A stretch of DNA of 64,000 nucleotides from Auanema rhodensis (lineage: Eukaryota; Animalia; Nematoda). Shown here piece by piece: positions 1 to 13,130 of the stretch. Within the stretch, counting starts at the first letter, position 1. Each line of letters starts with the position of its first letter. The notes under the pieces are model-generated. The model was not told where the DNA came from, ran no database searches, and was given only the letters and a program-made list of their open reading frames with translations. The stretch lies in assembly GCA_964057225.1 (NCBI GenBank), contig OZ059894.1:6076001-6140000 (forward strand), written 5' to 3'. Position numbers and translations under genes: made by a program.

Positions 1-814
1 TAGTTCGAAATTAGATTCTGATCAACAATTTGATCTCTTCTGTGCTTCAAAAAGTTTTTTCTTAAATGATTACTGGTGAAGAATAGTTCTAGTGAAGCTG
101 GACTCTGTTTTCTTTTTTTTAATTGTTTTTAAGTTTCATTCAGCTTTCTTTTACGGGTGTTTTATTATTTCTCAACAACAACAGCATCAACAACTTGCAA
201 CAGTGTGGTCACATATCTACATAGTAGCCATATACTTGTAAATTTTCCTCTTATCCTCGTATACATATTATATACATATAGATGTTGAGAGTAGATTTCT
301 TGCACACAAATATATTCTTTCTGACTGTCTATTTTAGAAAGTTCTTGTATATTAATATCGCTAGAAGATTTTTATTGAAGTATGGACAATAAACATGCTA
401 TTTATAATAATATGTGTTATATTGTTTGAAGTATGCTTTTTAAGCAATGCAACGGGTTTGAGCTTTTTGAATATGAAGACTAATAGAGGAATATGACGTA
501 AAACTGGTCTCATAAGAAAGTTTGGATAGGATGTACCGTATAATCATACAGCCTTTTCGATGAATATTATATATATCCAAGAAATGAAGAAACGAATTTC
601 ATATGGGATGAACATGAAAATCTACCACAACAATTGAAAACAGAAAAACATATGGAGTTGTCGAGTCTCAATTATTAATATATTCTGGGATATTTGTCTT
701 CATCATATGGGCTACATTAAATATAAAGCATAATTTAAGTTATCAGAATGTTTTTTATATCTTTGATTTCAGAATTTTTAACTTGAGAACCTACAAAAAA
801 GTTTGGAATTGGTT

Positions 815-3375
815 TTATGATTTGTTTGGATGTTCAATAGTAATTGTCAAAGGTATAGAAGGTTCAACCTTATTGCTTATCTTCTTTTCTTTTGGCATAA
901 ATGGAATATATTGCACACAGCTCATCTGCAAATAAAATGTTTACGAATTGCCCAGAGTTCTTTTAATTACTTTATCCAGAATTCTCATAACAAACGGTGG
1001 ATAACTGTATGTATCATCATGTAAGTTACCCTCGTACACTTGTCCTCTAGATCGAAGACCTCTCTGTTCACGGGATGCACCTAGAATTTACGTTTAAATA
1101 ATTTATAACATTTGAAAGATAAAAAACCTCCAATTGTATTATCTAATATACATGCACACATGGCTCCAACAAACATTTGTAATGTTAAAAATACTGATAA
1201 TGTAGTATCAATCCAGTCAATTCCTATAAAAAATAATATGTTAAAAGTAATCGTTTATTTTTTTTTCAATAATTACCAGTATTAACAGGATTTCTTGTGA
1301 AATAACTTGGAACAATCATTCCAAACATCATAGAGAATCCAAATATTCCCATGTTTCTTGATAGAGACATGTCAACCTCAAGTATGATCATAACCTGATA
1401 CAATTAAAAAATTGACTTACGGACTGTAGACTGGATACCGCTACTCCTACGACCATGGCCATAGATGAAGCTAGAACTCCACCAACTAATGGATCAGGTA
1501 TGGTTGAGAGAATAGCTCCAACCTGTGAATCATTTATTTTGTTGAGTGGAGGGAAATATGTCAAAAACCTTAGTGCACAATCCAAGCACAATCAAGAATA
1601 ATCCAGCGATCACCATTGTCCATCGTGAAGCTACTCGTGTAACACCAATAACTCCGATATTTTCAGTATGAGTGGTCATTCCAACACCAGGGCCTAATAG
1701 ACCCGAAACAAATGATCCTAGACCTAAATCAAGCAAATTACATTAGATGTTCAAGTTAAATTTGATGAACCTTCAGCCATAATTCCACGGTTGATTGCGT
1801 GGCTAGGAGGAGCTCTTTCTTCTGAAACTTTAGCAGCCAAGTGGTAATCGCCAACTGATTCAAAAACACTTGTCATTGCTGATAACACATAAGCTATGAA
1901 CAAAGCACCACTGAATGATGGAGGACCGAATTTGCCTTAAAAAACATTGAAAGTTAGGTTTGTCATACATTTCAAACCTGGATATGGTAAAGCGAACCAG
2001 CTTGATTCATGAATAACAGAAATTGACACATTCTTATCAACTCTGGCAGCACTATCAGGAGGAACAAGATCGAAGACAGTTAAAACGACACAGAACATCC
2101 ATGAGAAAACAATAGCAATCAGATACTGTATTAATAAAATATAAATAATTATTATAATTAAATTTTGTGTAATTGTTTTATAAAAAAATTGAAAAATGTC
2201 AGAGAAACATACAGGATATTCACCAAAAAGGTTGAAGCGATACCAGTGAAACTTTCTCTTCTTCAAACCCGGTATAGGAACTTTAACATCAGCAAGATAT
2301 AAAATAGTGGCAAAAAGTGTAATGGCTTGTCTGAAAAAATCGTTTCAGCTTCCTGTTTAATCCGATCGTTTTTTCAAATACTTACACAATAGCCACCCAA
2401 TGCTTTTCAATGCGAACTACCATAGTACCGACTTGCGAAAAAGCTAAGAGAAGCATAAGAGTTGAAACCTAAATAAGATTTGTTGAAATGTTTTAATGTA
2501 ATTTATTTAGTACTGTTAATGGTGATATAAGTTTAGTAAGAAGTCCGACCAATCCTGTGGCACCAATTAAAATTGGAATAAGAGAAGAGGCAATTAAACA
2601 ACCTTGAATCTAAATTTTAAATATAAATTTAAAATTTATATAAATTATAATACTAAAGCAAGTTTTGAATAATATTCTTCTGGTTGAACTATCATTGATT
2701 CATTGTTAGCATTACAACCATATTCATGTAACATATAAACTTGTACAGAAGGAAGATAAGCAAATGCTGTTCCTTGTAACAGTGCCAATCTGAAATCCAA
2801 ACACTTTGATTTTTGAAAGATTTGAAGTTGGAAACTTTATTAAATTATAAAGTGTGCAACCTAATGTGTCTCAAGTAAATTTCGAAGTGAATAGTGTGTT
2901 TGAAGTATCTCACGTGAAATCACGTGGAATTCATTTTTTTTACGAATTTTTTAGCGGAAGCTTTTTTTTTGTTTTTGAAAAGGAATTTCAATGAATAAAC
3001 ACCTGACTCCAAATACTGTTTGAATAATTGTTGAAATACCACTTCCCACAAATGTTGAGCTGATTAACTCATTTCTTAATTTTGCTTAAATTTTATCATT
3101 TTATTAACATAGTTCGTTTATATTAAAGCATACTGATATCTGCTCCTGGACATAAAGCATCAGCTAATAAAATTGGTACCGTAAGCAAAGCTGATACACA
3201 TACCATAACTTGCTAAATTAAAATCATTTTAAGTATTATTTGAAAATTTTATAAAACATTAATTAAGTAATTAGCTAATGATTACCTGAAATCCATACAA
3301 TAAGGCAATACCAAGAGATGGGGTATCTCGAGCTCGGATGATAGGTCTCTGCTGGACCTTCTCCTCTGCCACCAT
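815..3375 (-). CDS. SLC23-family nucleobase/ascorbate (xanthine-uracil-vitamin C) transporter, multi-exon
   Basis: Exons encode the NAT signature (TTHTENIGVIGVTRVASR), IPDPLVGGV and ESVGDYHLAAKVS...PPSHAINRGIMAEG. ATG at 3375; last exon ends ...IEHPNKS-TAA at 815. Confidence 0.9.
2910..2927. promoter_or_regulatory. Tandem E-boxes (TCACGTGA, TCACGTGG) in an SLC23 intron
   Basis: Sequence tcacgtgaaatcacgtgg; matches the bHLH-Zip/HLH-30 (CLEAR-like) consensus. Function not shown. Confidence 0.3.
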
Positions 3376-4994
3376 TGCCTTAAACTTGTATTAGTAACTA
3401 TTAGTTTTTTCTTTTATATTGTAATAAAACAAACGTTTTTTCGTACTTTATAGGTACAGGTTAAGTATGAAAAGATATAATCATGATGAATAATATAAAT
3501 TAAACATCATTGAACAGGATATAAAGAGATCATTATATGTTTTTTTTATTTTTAATAAAAATAAAAATAAGATTAAAAGTTTTTTATGTTAAAAGCGAGA
3601 TATAGAAAGATTATTATTTGTGATTGTTGATGCATGACGACGGTAAGAATCATGTTAAAATAAAAATAAAGTTATGTTACTGTGGAGAATTGAAATATGT
3701 AAAACATTCACATATAAATTATGAAAGAGAAGATTTTTTTTGTAAAGAATATGGGTGGAAACTCATCAGCGGAGGGAAAACCAAGTGAAAGCAGAGAGAT
3801 AGTTCACGAATGAATAGTAGTAATAGTTGAATAGTTTTTGAACAACATGGAAAATTAAAAAATGGAAAGAAACATTTAGTTTTGAATTGAGAGGGAAGTA
3901 AAAAAATAGAAAGAGTAGAAGAGAGAAAGGGAGAGAAAGAGAGAGAGAACGTGTGTAGACATAGAGAGAGAAAGAGAGAGAAAGAGGGAGAGAGGCGATA
4001 AATGGTATTGTTCTTGTTCTTTTTCTTTAGAAAACAATAGAATCTTATAAACATAAAAATTTCAACTATATAATAAATATAGTAAACATCCTTGTGTAAC
4101 ATATTTATTAGCATCATTTCATTTTTTACTTGAGAAATGATAAATAAATTAAAAAGTTGGATTAATGAAAGAATATAACAAATTTAAAAAAATCTTATTG
4201 AAAGATAGTGAATTTTTGAAACTAAAATTTTGATTTTATTGGTATTCATGAATGTGAAACAAAAATAAAAGGCAGTTTATGGAAGAAGTCATCGACACAT
4301 GGCATCGGTTAACTGGGAACCGGTCGTTACACAGTCATGATTCTGTGGCCCCGGCATGTGGTGCCACGGCATGTATTATATGTTTGTGTATGTATGTTTA
4401 ACTCGTAAACTGTTTCCAGGTGAAGATGCTTCTTATCGGTTTCAGGATACTCGTCAACATCTTGTTTTGGCTATGCTATCAATGCTATAAGCTTAAAGAC
4501 AAAAAAAAGATAGAAAGACAAAAAAGAACATATCAATTGATCATCAATTTTCAGTTTCACAATTAAAGACTATAGGATTTGAATTGCAAAAGAGAGCAGA
4601 TAGTTGACTATAATCATTATAATCGTATACTGAATGATGAGAATTTCAGATGATACTAGGGGATAATAATGTCATAAGGTCGTTATGAATTTCAATTTCT
4701 AATGGTATTGATACCAAAAATTAGAAACATGAAAATAATATAAAAATGATTTCAAGTACTGTAAATTGAGAACAAAATATCATTTGCTGGACAAGTAAGT
4801 GACGAATTCAAAAAAGAATGCTGTGAGAAAGTTGTAAAGTTACCAACGATAATAAAATTTGAAATTTGGTGAATTAGTACTCAGTGATTATACGAACATA
4901 CAGATATAGAAGACAATTAAAGGAACAAGGATGATGATAGATCGAGAATGATGATCATGACGATAATGATGATAGATATATGTATGTATATAGA

Positions 4995-5029
4995 AAAAGA
5001 GAGAGAAAGAAATAGAGAGGGAAAGAAAG

Positions 5030-5069
<40 letters not shown>

Positions 5070-5070
5070 G
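4995..5070 (+). repeat. (GA)n purine-rich microsatellite
   Basis: Long gagagaga run. Similar GA-rich tracts at ~3910-3995 and ~5994-6050. Confidence 0.85.
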
Positions 5071-6501
5071 GGTAATAATCAATTTCTGATAATGTTGTTT
5101 GCGAATCTGACATAAGATAGTTCATTTTCACATCAAAATCAAAATTTTGTGAAGATGTTATGGGACACGAAAGCTAAATATGCAATAAGCCACAGAAATA
5201 ATAAAAATTTGGATGTTTAAAGCAAGTGAAAGATGAAAGAAATAACAAAATAAGTTAAAGTTCATATTTTACAAAATACAAAGTTTTGCCTGTGAAATAC
5301 GGTGAACAGAAAAAAAAAGAAGCTTAAAATTCAATTTTATAATCGGATTCAGAATATGAGTTAAAATGAAAAAAAAAACCGTTTTTGTTTAAAGAGGATT
5401 CTAAAAACAAACTACCATATCACTTACTTTCATATACGTTTTAAATGATTATTCTTCTCTTTGAATAAAGTTTTTCTCTTTGTATTAACGATATATTTTC
5501 AATATTATCATAAATATCATTTTAATATTAAATAAATCTTAAAAAAACAATTGTTCATGCTGTTCACTTAAATTGTCTATTTGTAATTTGAATTTTTAAA
5601 TTTATTTTGTTCATGATTATCCGACCGTACATTTGATCAGAAACGGAATAGTTGATGTCAAAGCTCTCTCAATATATTAAAATACTTGTATAACCTTATT
5701 TTTAATGTTCATTGTTTTATATTCTGTGTTATTTAATATTCATCAGTTTTGTTTTCTTTTTTTCTTCTTAAATTTGTAGAGATTTTCTTGAAAATTTCCA
5801 ATAATTCATGGTTTGAGGCAACAAATAGTCATTTATTCACCGCATATGACTACAGATGATAGTAGTTGGTGGTAGCCGTTCGTTTTTTTTTCATAAAAAA
5901 ACGCTTTCTGCTTCTATAACAAATCTTGTCAGGACCGTAAATGAAAACTCTCAAGATGGACGCATGGATGTTGCACTGAGACCCGGAAATAATAGAGAGA
6001 GAGATAGATAGAGAGATAGAGAGAGACAGAGAGATGAGATGAGAGGGAGAGAATTGAATGTATTTTTTTTAAAATATATGTATATATATATATGGGTATA
6101 TGATATCTGAATGAATATAAGAGACATTTTGTTTTGTATTAGAGTAATACAGCAATGAAAACCGTTTGAGCTTAATGACGGATTTTTAGAACAGGAATTC
6201 AAGATGTTATATGGAGTTACACATGTTCAAACGTATCTCAATGGTTTTATTTCTGCAAAATTAGAAAATAAAACAAGAAAATTAAAGAAAAAATATATAA
6301 AATTAATTTTTGTCTTTCAAATCAGAATAGAAATCTTAGATGTTTTGTCTGTTTGTCTGTCTGCATGTTCTTTCATGATTTATACAACAGAATTATAGCT
6401 TTTTCTGGATTAGATCAACTAGGAAAGGATAGAAGTAGATGATGATCTGGGAAAGGAAAGAGATCTCGAAAAAAATTTGTCTTTTCGTGGTTTGGATGGA
6501 A

Positions 6502-9500
6502 TTAATGGGTCATTCGCTTGTGAGCAGTTTGAACAACTTGAAGCTTGGAGTTCACATGTCCCATGAGAGGCTCAATTCCCGCGTAAGGTGGTTCTTTGGT
6601 TCCATGAAGCATCAACGTGAATTTCTTCAATGTTCCTCTGTGATCTCCTGGTCCCTAAATATTCAAATTAACTTATTATTTCAGAAAATGCATAGTAGCT
6701 AAATTTGGTAGATTTAACCAACCTGGAATCTGGCGATAAGTCTCCATTTTCCAGTTGGATTTTCGCCCCATGTATGGGTAGTCATAAATGGCCAGTTAGT
6801 AAATCCATCTTTACTATCATCATCTTTAGGACGACGAGAAAGAATCATAGTTCTGGTTCCCATTGGTGAGATCAAATATAAAGTTGTGTCACCACGTCGT
6901 GTGGAGTTGAAAGAAATGACAGCTTGAGCATGTTCCAAGTAGCGAACCTTAATTTTAGGTATAAATATTGTTTTAATAAAACAAGTTTAGAAATTTGAAA
7001 GTTAGCTTCTGTTTCAAACTCTTAACGTGAATCTTACTTCAGTGGCAGATCCGGCACAACCATCGGTATCAAGCTCAAGGACCAAGTTGCCGTCAGCAGG
7101 AATTTCACTGAAAAAAGATAGTGAATGTATTTAGTATTCTCAAAGTCACTAGGAAGTAAAGAAATTGAAAACTCACTGTGGAACATCAATGGTTCCAGCT
7201 GTGCAGTGGAAACGTGGTGGAGCAGTTTTCCAAACCATGGACAACATGACCTGAAAGATAAAAGATTTCATTAGCTATTCAAAAGAATTTTAAGCATTCC
7301 AAAAAAGAAAAGAAGACGTTTTCTCCCACTGCACCATTTAAATAGTTTAATATATTCACTCGATAAATAGTTTTCGCAATAACAACTCTAATATCTAGTG
7401 AGAAAGATAGAGTTTCAATACTTTATATTCTCTCATCAAAATTTTAAAACATTATAATTCAGTCAATACTATATGATATATGTTTTATAAAGGTCAAAAG
7501 ATCCATCATTGAATTTAAAAGCATTTCTTTCTTCAAATTTTCACTCAGACTAACCCATCATCCCTGTTTCCGTTTTTGCGACTTTTCAAGAGTTGTCAAC
7601 GTTCAAAAACATTGCCAGTAATGCAAATAGATCACAATACTTTTAACGAGACATTTGGGGTGTTTAATTTATTTCTATTTATCGTTCTAAACCTCATTTC
7701 TTTCTTCTTTCTTTATTCTTTTTGACCCATTGTTCAAATGTTTAAAAAGAGAAAAGAACTAATTCTTACCATTTCAGCAGCATCAAGAACACCAAATCCA
7801 AAGAGATGATTGTATTCCAAACCAACTCCATTCATTTGCCACTCGAAGTGTGAGCAGTTTCCTGTTGATATTTTGTTATTATCATATCCCTAGAACAATT
7901 AATTGTTTATTAAATTTGTTTGTTTACAGTTTATGCTACCTTCAATGCGAGTTCTGGAAGTTCACGGCATCGTCCATCGAACAGTGAGTTACGAGTAGAT
8001 GTTAAGACTGTCAAATGTTGAAGATCACGCCTAGAACACAAATTTGTCTGTTTTCACAAAGAATAAGTTTATATATAGAATCAGATTTTAGCGACAAACT
8101 TTAATTTGATTTAATGTTTTCGTTGTTCAATATTAGTATATGTGAGCAACATTCAAAACTGAATAACAACCGTTTGCTACTTCATAAAAAACTTAAATGA
8201 ATTTTCAGCGATTGGCATATAACGTGAAAATTTTTCACGTATATTATTTATTCAATTTATGCTAATTTTTATATAAATCTGTTGTTATTATTATTAATAT
8301 TTAATTACAAACCATGTCAATTTGGGATTAGCTTCTAAAGCAAGAGCAAAAACTCCGGCAGCTTCTGGGGCAGCAGCTGAAGTTCCTGAGTGGGAACGAG
8401 TGCAACTGAAATGACGTCCGATTAGATGGAAAAAATATGTTTTTCCATATCAACATGATGAATTTTAGTAAAAAAAAAAACAAAAACATCCTGAGAATAC
8501 ATACCGTCCGTAGAGATCTGTTGTAGCAACACCAGTCTCTGGATTGCGTCCTCCATTAGAGAAGGTGGAAGCCAATGTGGAAGAGCATGACCTAGAAACA
8601 TGAAAAATTAGTAAAGATTCATTAAGAACATAAACATACTCATCGTAATGAGCATTTTCACCATTATTAATGGCAGAGTTGATAGAAATTGTCCACATAG
8701 AAGCAGCATATCCATCGCAATTGCAATCATCATCCTCTCCACCATCTCCAGAAGCCCATACAAAGATGGATCCAAGTCCATTACGTCCCTACAAAATTAA
8801 GTATCTTATAAATATTTGTTTCGTTTTTTTGTAAACGATTTATTTTTCATTCTAACCTCATTAACACCCTTGACGATAGCTCTCATTGTAGCATTACGAG
8901 GTCCATCCACTGTTTTTCCATCATCAGTAGGTCCCCAACTGGCGGAATAGATGTGGATCTTGTTTGGCTCATGTCCCATAGAATTAGCCTAAACTTATTT
9001 GTTGCTTTAAATAAGTAAAAATTCTTCAATGAAGTATATAGAAATATTTTCATTTTATTATCAACTCACCTCAATCAAATCAGTCATGTATGGCTGATCA
9101 AGCATTCTGATTCCAGCAACTTTGCTATCTGGTGCAACTCCTACACCACAGACACCGTTATCACGAGCAGCAGCAATTTCGCCAGCACATCTGTAAGAAA
9201 TAAATATATGTTAAAAATTTCTAATAATATTTCTGAAAAGAGAAAATGTTAGGTTGAAAATCATTTCGCTAAGTGTTAATTTTGTTTGATTTCTTTCAAA
9301 AATTTGAAAAAAGATAGATTTTGCCATTGATAATTTAAGCTTAATCTCACCGTGTTCCGTGGGAATTGAACCAATCATCAGTGTATCTTGGATATGGGAA
9401 TGGATCATTGGAAGAGAAGTCATAACTTGCTTCTGCATTCTAAAAATTTTATTTTATTAATTCCATTAAGAAGAAAAAAATGTTTTATTGAAACTTACAA

Positions 9501-12095
9501 AGTTGTTTTTCAAATCAGGATGCATGTAATCAACTCCATCATCCATAATAGCTGTAGTGATGTTCTTGCCAGTGAATCCAAGAGCCCATGCCTTGAAAGT
9601 AATAATTACATTAAAATTACTTTTTTTAAATATTTGGTAACAAAAAAATAAAAACAAAATGCTAAAATACCTTTTCAACATTCAGATCAAGTCTTGCTTT
9701 TCCACCGGCTTGTCCAGTATTTTTCTGAAAAGTTCAATTGCAAAATTTAAATTTTTTTTGACAACATGCAGTAATATATATATTTTTATTATTTATGTCA
9801 AAAACATTATTATTTATTTGTCACTTAACTCATTTACTGAACAAATTTTTTAGATAGCGCAGTATATTGGAACTTGGAAACCTTCGCAAAATAAGAAAAA
9901 GAGCTTATAACGTTTAAACAAAAGTTTCACTGATGTTAAAGTTGCAACTACATTTGGCTCAAGTCCCTTATGCTATAACCTAACCCTGACGTGTATGACG
10001 TCAGTTAAGTTGAATACTTTACTAACTTACTCCCTTCGCTCTCTCCCTCTCTTTATTTAACTTTGCTCTACTTTGCCACAAAGTATTCAAGTCTCAGAGC
10101 TCATGAAGCTATTCAAAACAATTTTAGTCATCAAAAGAATGAACATGAAGCGAATTAAAATATTCAAATTTTGATTTTTCGATTAAAATTTTAATATTTT
10201 ACTTTCATTAAATATTTTATTATATACTTACCAAATACCATTGATATTGGTATAGAGGATCTGTTGGTGATTGAACGGATGAAAAGTCAAGTTGACTTTG
10301 TAGTCTTTCAGCCAAAGGTCTGAAAAACAAAACAAAAAATAGATGTTTGATGTCAAACTATCATTTTCATGTGGAAATAAATGCCATGCTTGTTTTTGCA
10401 TGCAAATATATTTCAAACATTTGTTTTTGTTTCTTCTAGCAAAAACTGTATTTGTTGGTAAATTGTCAATAATTGGTACCTGTATCCTCTCTTTGTGCGT
10501 TTGTATCCAGTAAGTTGTTCGACATGAGTTACCTGAAAATAGGAACATGTTCTACAATTGTCCGGAAGCTTAAACGATACGAAATGTCTATAAACATACT
10601 CGAACATTCTTAGATTAGAAAAAAATAGCCAAATATAGATATTGTGAATAATATGTACATATATCCTATATACATATATACATACATATATAGATTATAT
10701 AGCATAATGCATAGTATATTTCTCTTCTTATCTCATTATTATGCACTTAGCTTTAGCTTTTTTTTTCTTTTCATTTCATACTTCCTACTGGGTTTCTCTG
10801 ACTCATTTTCTCTACTTTTTTCTTCTAAATCTTTCTCTCTTATTTTATTACATACAAATTCAGTTCTTTTGAACTATCCTTTTATTCTCATTTTGAAAAG
10901 TATTTTTCAAACAATGCTCAATGATCAACAATTTTATTTTGTTATTTAGTTTATAAATCGTTTGACTTTTGAAATAATTGTTAATATTTTTTACTATTAA
11001 CTTCATTAAATTTCTTAAATTTCTTATTTAAAGTATTATTTTAACTTTAATAAATTTTTTTTTATTAAATTGTAAATTTGGAAAAATAAAGATAATTTTC
11101 TACACACCCTTTCTTCAGGGTTTCTCACTCAAAATCCACTAACACAAATGTCAATCTTAATTCAACCAAGAGACAAAACTAACGCTTTTCTATCCGTATT
11201 TTTGGTTTTTTTTCTCTGTGTTTCTCTCTTATTTCTATTATATTTTTCCATCTTTCACATCTCATTAGATGGATTCAAGCAGAGCTATGAGCTTCTTGAA
11301 AAGATACAATAAGACCCTCGAGCAGTGAGATATTTTTGAATCCATATGGATTCCATACCCATACAATTGTCTTTTCAGAAAAGCTTCAGCTGCAGTAAAT
11401 CCATAGAAATCGTCTTTGGGTTTTTTTTAAACATAAAGATAAAAAAATGAAGCATATACTTACATCATCATCTCTGTGAAGCTTCGCATGATGTCCAACA
11501 GATCGACGAGTTCTTGCATGAGATAAAGCTGGTTGAATGAAATGATACTCTGTGTCACTTCCGAGAACCTATGAATTAATGAATTATTGTTTTTTAATTG
11601 GAAAAAAGTTTATTTTATTTCATTCAAGTCAAGTTTTCTTTTAAATCATTTTACAAAATGTTGTCGAATGTATGATTTAACCAAGGCGTGCAACGAATAT
11701 CAAAATAAAAACTGCAAAAATTCAAAAAGAAGTTTTTTTGGTTGTAAAAATTGTTCAACAATGTGAGGACAATTGCTTTAACCGAAAAAAGTAATAAAAA
11801 AAGAAAAAAAAACATAGAAAATGCATTTACCGGTCCTCTATTTACAAATCCGTGCCTCTTGGCAATGCGGTGAGCATTATCAATTCCGGGCTCTTTTAGA
11901 TGAACATGAAAATGATTAGTGAAAACCTGAAATATATTATTTATAATTTTCAACACTTAACCTCATTTTCTGTTTTAACTAATCTTTGAATGAAAATTCA
12001 AAACACGATGAATTAGAGAAACATACCTCTACTGCCTCAGTAAGAGACAAGATTACCAGAAAGAGGCTGAGCCAGATTGGGTTCCGGCATTGCAT
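6502..12095 (-). CDS. egl-3: Neuroendocrine proprotein convertase 2 (PC2/KPC-2), multi-exon
   Basis: Signal peptide [23 protein letters not shown] after a tttcag acceptor. Pro-domain [10 protein letters not shown]...KRTKR. Catalytic motifs MDDGVDY, SHGT-RCAGE, PC2-specific ASGDGG and [23 protein letters not shown]-domain RRGD...[11 protein letters not shown]. Ends ...AHKRMTH-TAA. Confidence 0.96.
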
Positions 12096-12717
12096 TCCTG
12101 AAACCGACAAGAATAGAAAAATGAGAACAACAAGAACGAAAGAAGAGTTTTAAACAAATTAAGAGAATAAAAATCTTTATTTTCCAGAAAAAGAAAGAAA
12201 TATTGAAAATTCAAACAAAAAATATGACGAAAGTAAAATAGTATTTAAAGTAAAGGAGAAGCTTCGAGAAACTTAATTAGGAATCTGAAAACCATATGAC
12301 CTTAAGGCATTTCAACGTCAATACTTTGAAACGAATGATATTGATATATAGAAGGAACATTTGAGAGTAGGTTTTCAATATTCAATTCTATATAGAAAAA
12401 ACTTTAAAACTATATAAAACAATTGAAAAAATGAAGTGAAAAGATAGCAAAGCAATAAATTTCACCAGGAAGCGTTTTTTAATCCTTGAAGCTTCATCTC
12501 ATTTCCAAATCTGATTAAATCATAAAGCTCATTTTATGTTTCAATATTGCTTTAGAAAATTTAAAATAAATGTTGCAAAAGTTTATCGAAATATGAACAC
12601 ACATACATGTATGTTTGTTGTTTTTTCAATATATTAACAAAAACAAAAAAAAATATTTTTCAAAAAAAAAAAGAAAAAAACTTGAGCTTATAAAGCGAAA
12701 TGCAAAATGAGAAATAA

Positions 12718-12735
12718 CTATATGACGTCATATAG
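12718..12735. promoter_or_regulatory. CRE (TGACGTCA) within a perfect 18-bp palindrome upstream of egl-3
   Basis: ctatatgacgtcatatag, ~620 bp 5' of the ATG. A second full CRE lies at 9996-10003 in an egl-3 intron. Confidence 0.45.
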
Positions 12736-13104
12736 GATATATAATATCCAAAATGACCATATACATATATCTAGACGATATGATGATGAATGTCTATAAT
12801 GAAAAGATATTTTAATATTTCAAAAATTAGAAATTGCTATTTCCTCACATACATTCAATTAGAAAACGTGAAAAAAGTATTTGATTTCGTCTCAAACAAG
12901 GATAAATCTAAACAAGATGATACATGAAGATCATATAGTACAATCAATTTTATTTTAATTTTAATTTAAAAACAATTTTCTTCATAGTTATAAATTTATA
13001 TAAAATAACATAACTAGAATTACAATCTTGAATCCGTTCATTGTTATTCAAAAAATTTCAGTTAATCTTGTTCTTTGAATTTTCATTCAAATTAATAATC
13101 TTAC

Positions 13105-13130
13105 CTACATACATACATACATACATACAT
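13105..13130 (+). repeat. (TACA)n microsatellite
   Basis: tacatacatacatacatacatacat. Confidence 0.85.

Noticed and set aside
4302-4430. Possible miRNA or other hairpin (gcatc..ctgggaac / gtttccag..gatgc)
   Set aside because: Pairing is patchy and the span too long for a pre-miRNA; no recognised seed family.
3719-6398. Hydrophobic SLSLSL/YIYIY ORFs (also 10644, 17164, 19156, 61020 etc.)
   Set aside because: Translations of GA/TA microsatellites and AT-rich non-coding DNA; no splice structure or domains.
7009-7016. CTGTTTCA piRNA (Ruby) motif, also at ~40943 and ~56780
   Set aside because: Isolated hits at chance frequency, mostly in coding or intronic sequence; no cluster.
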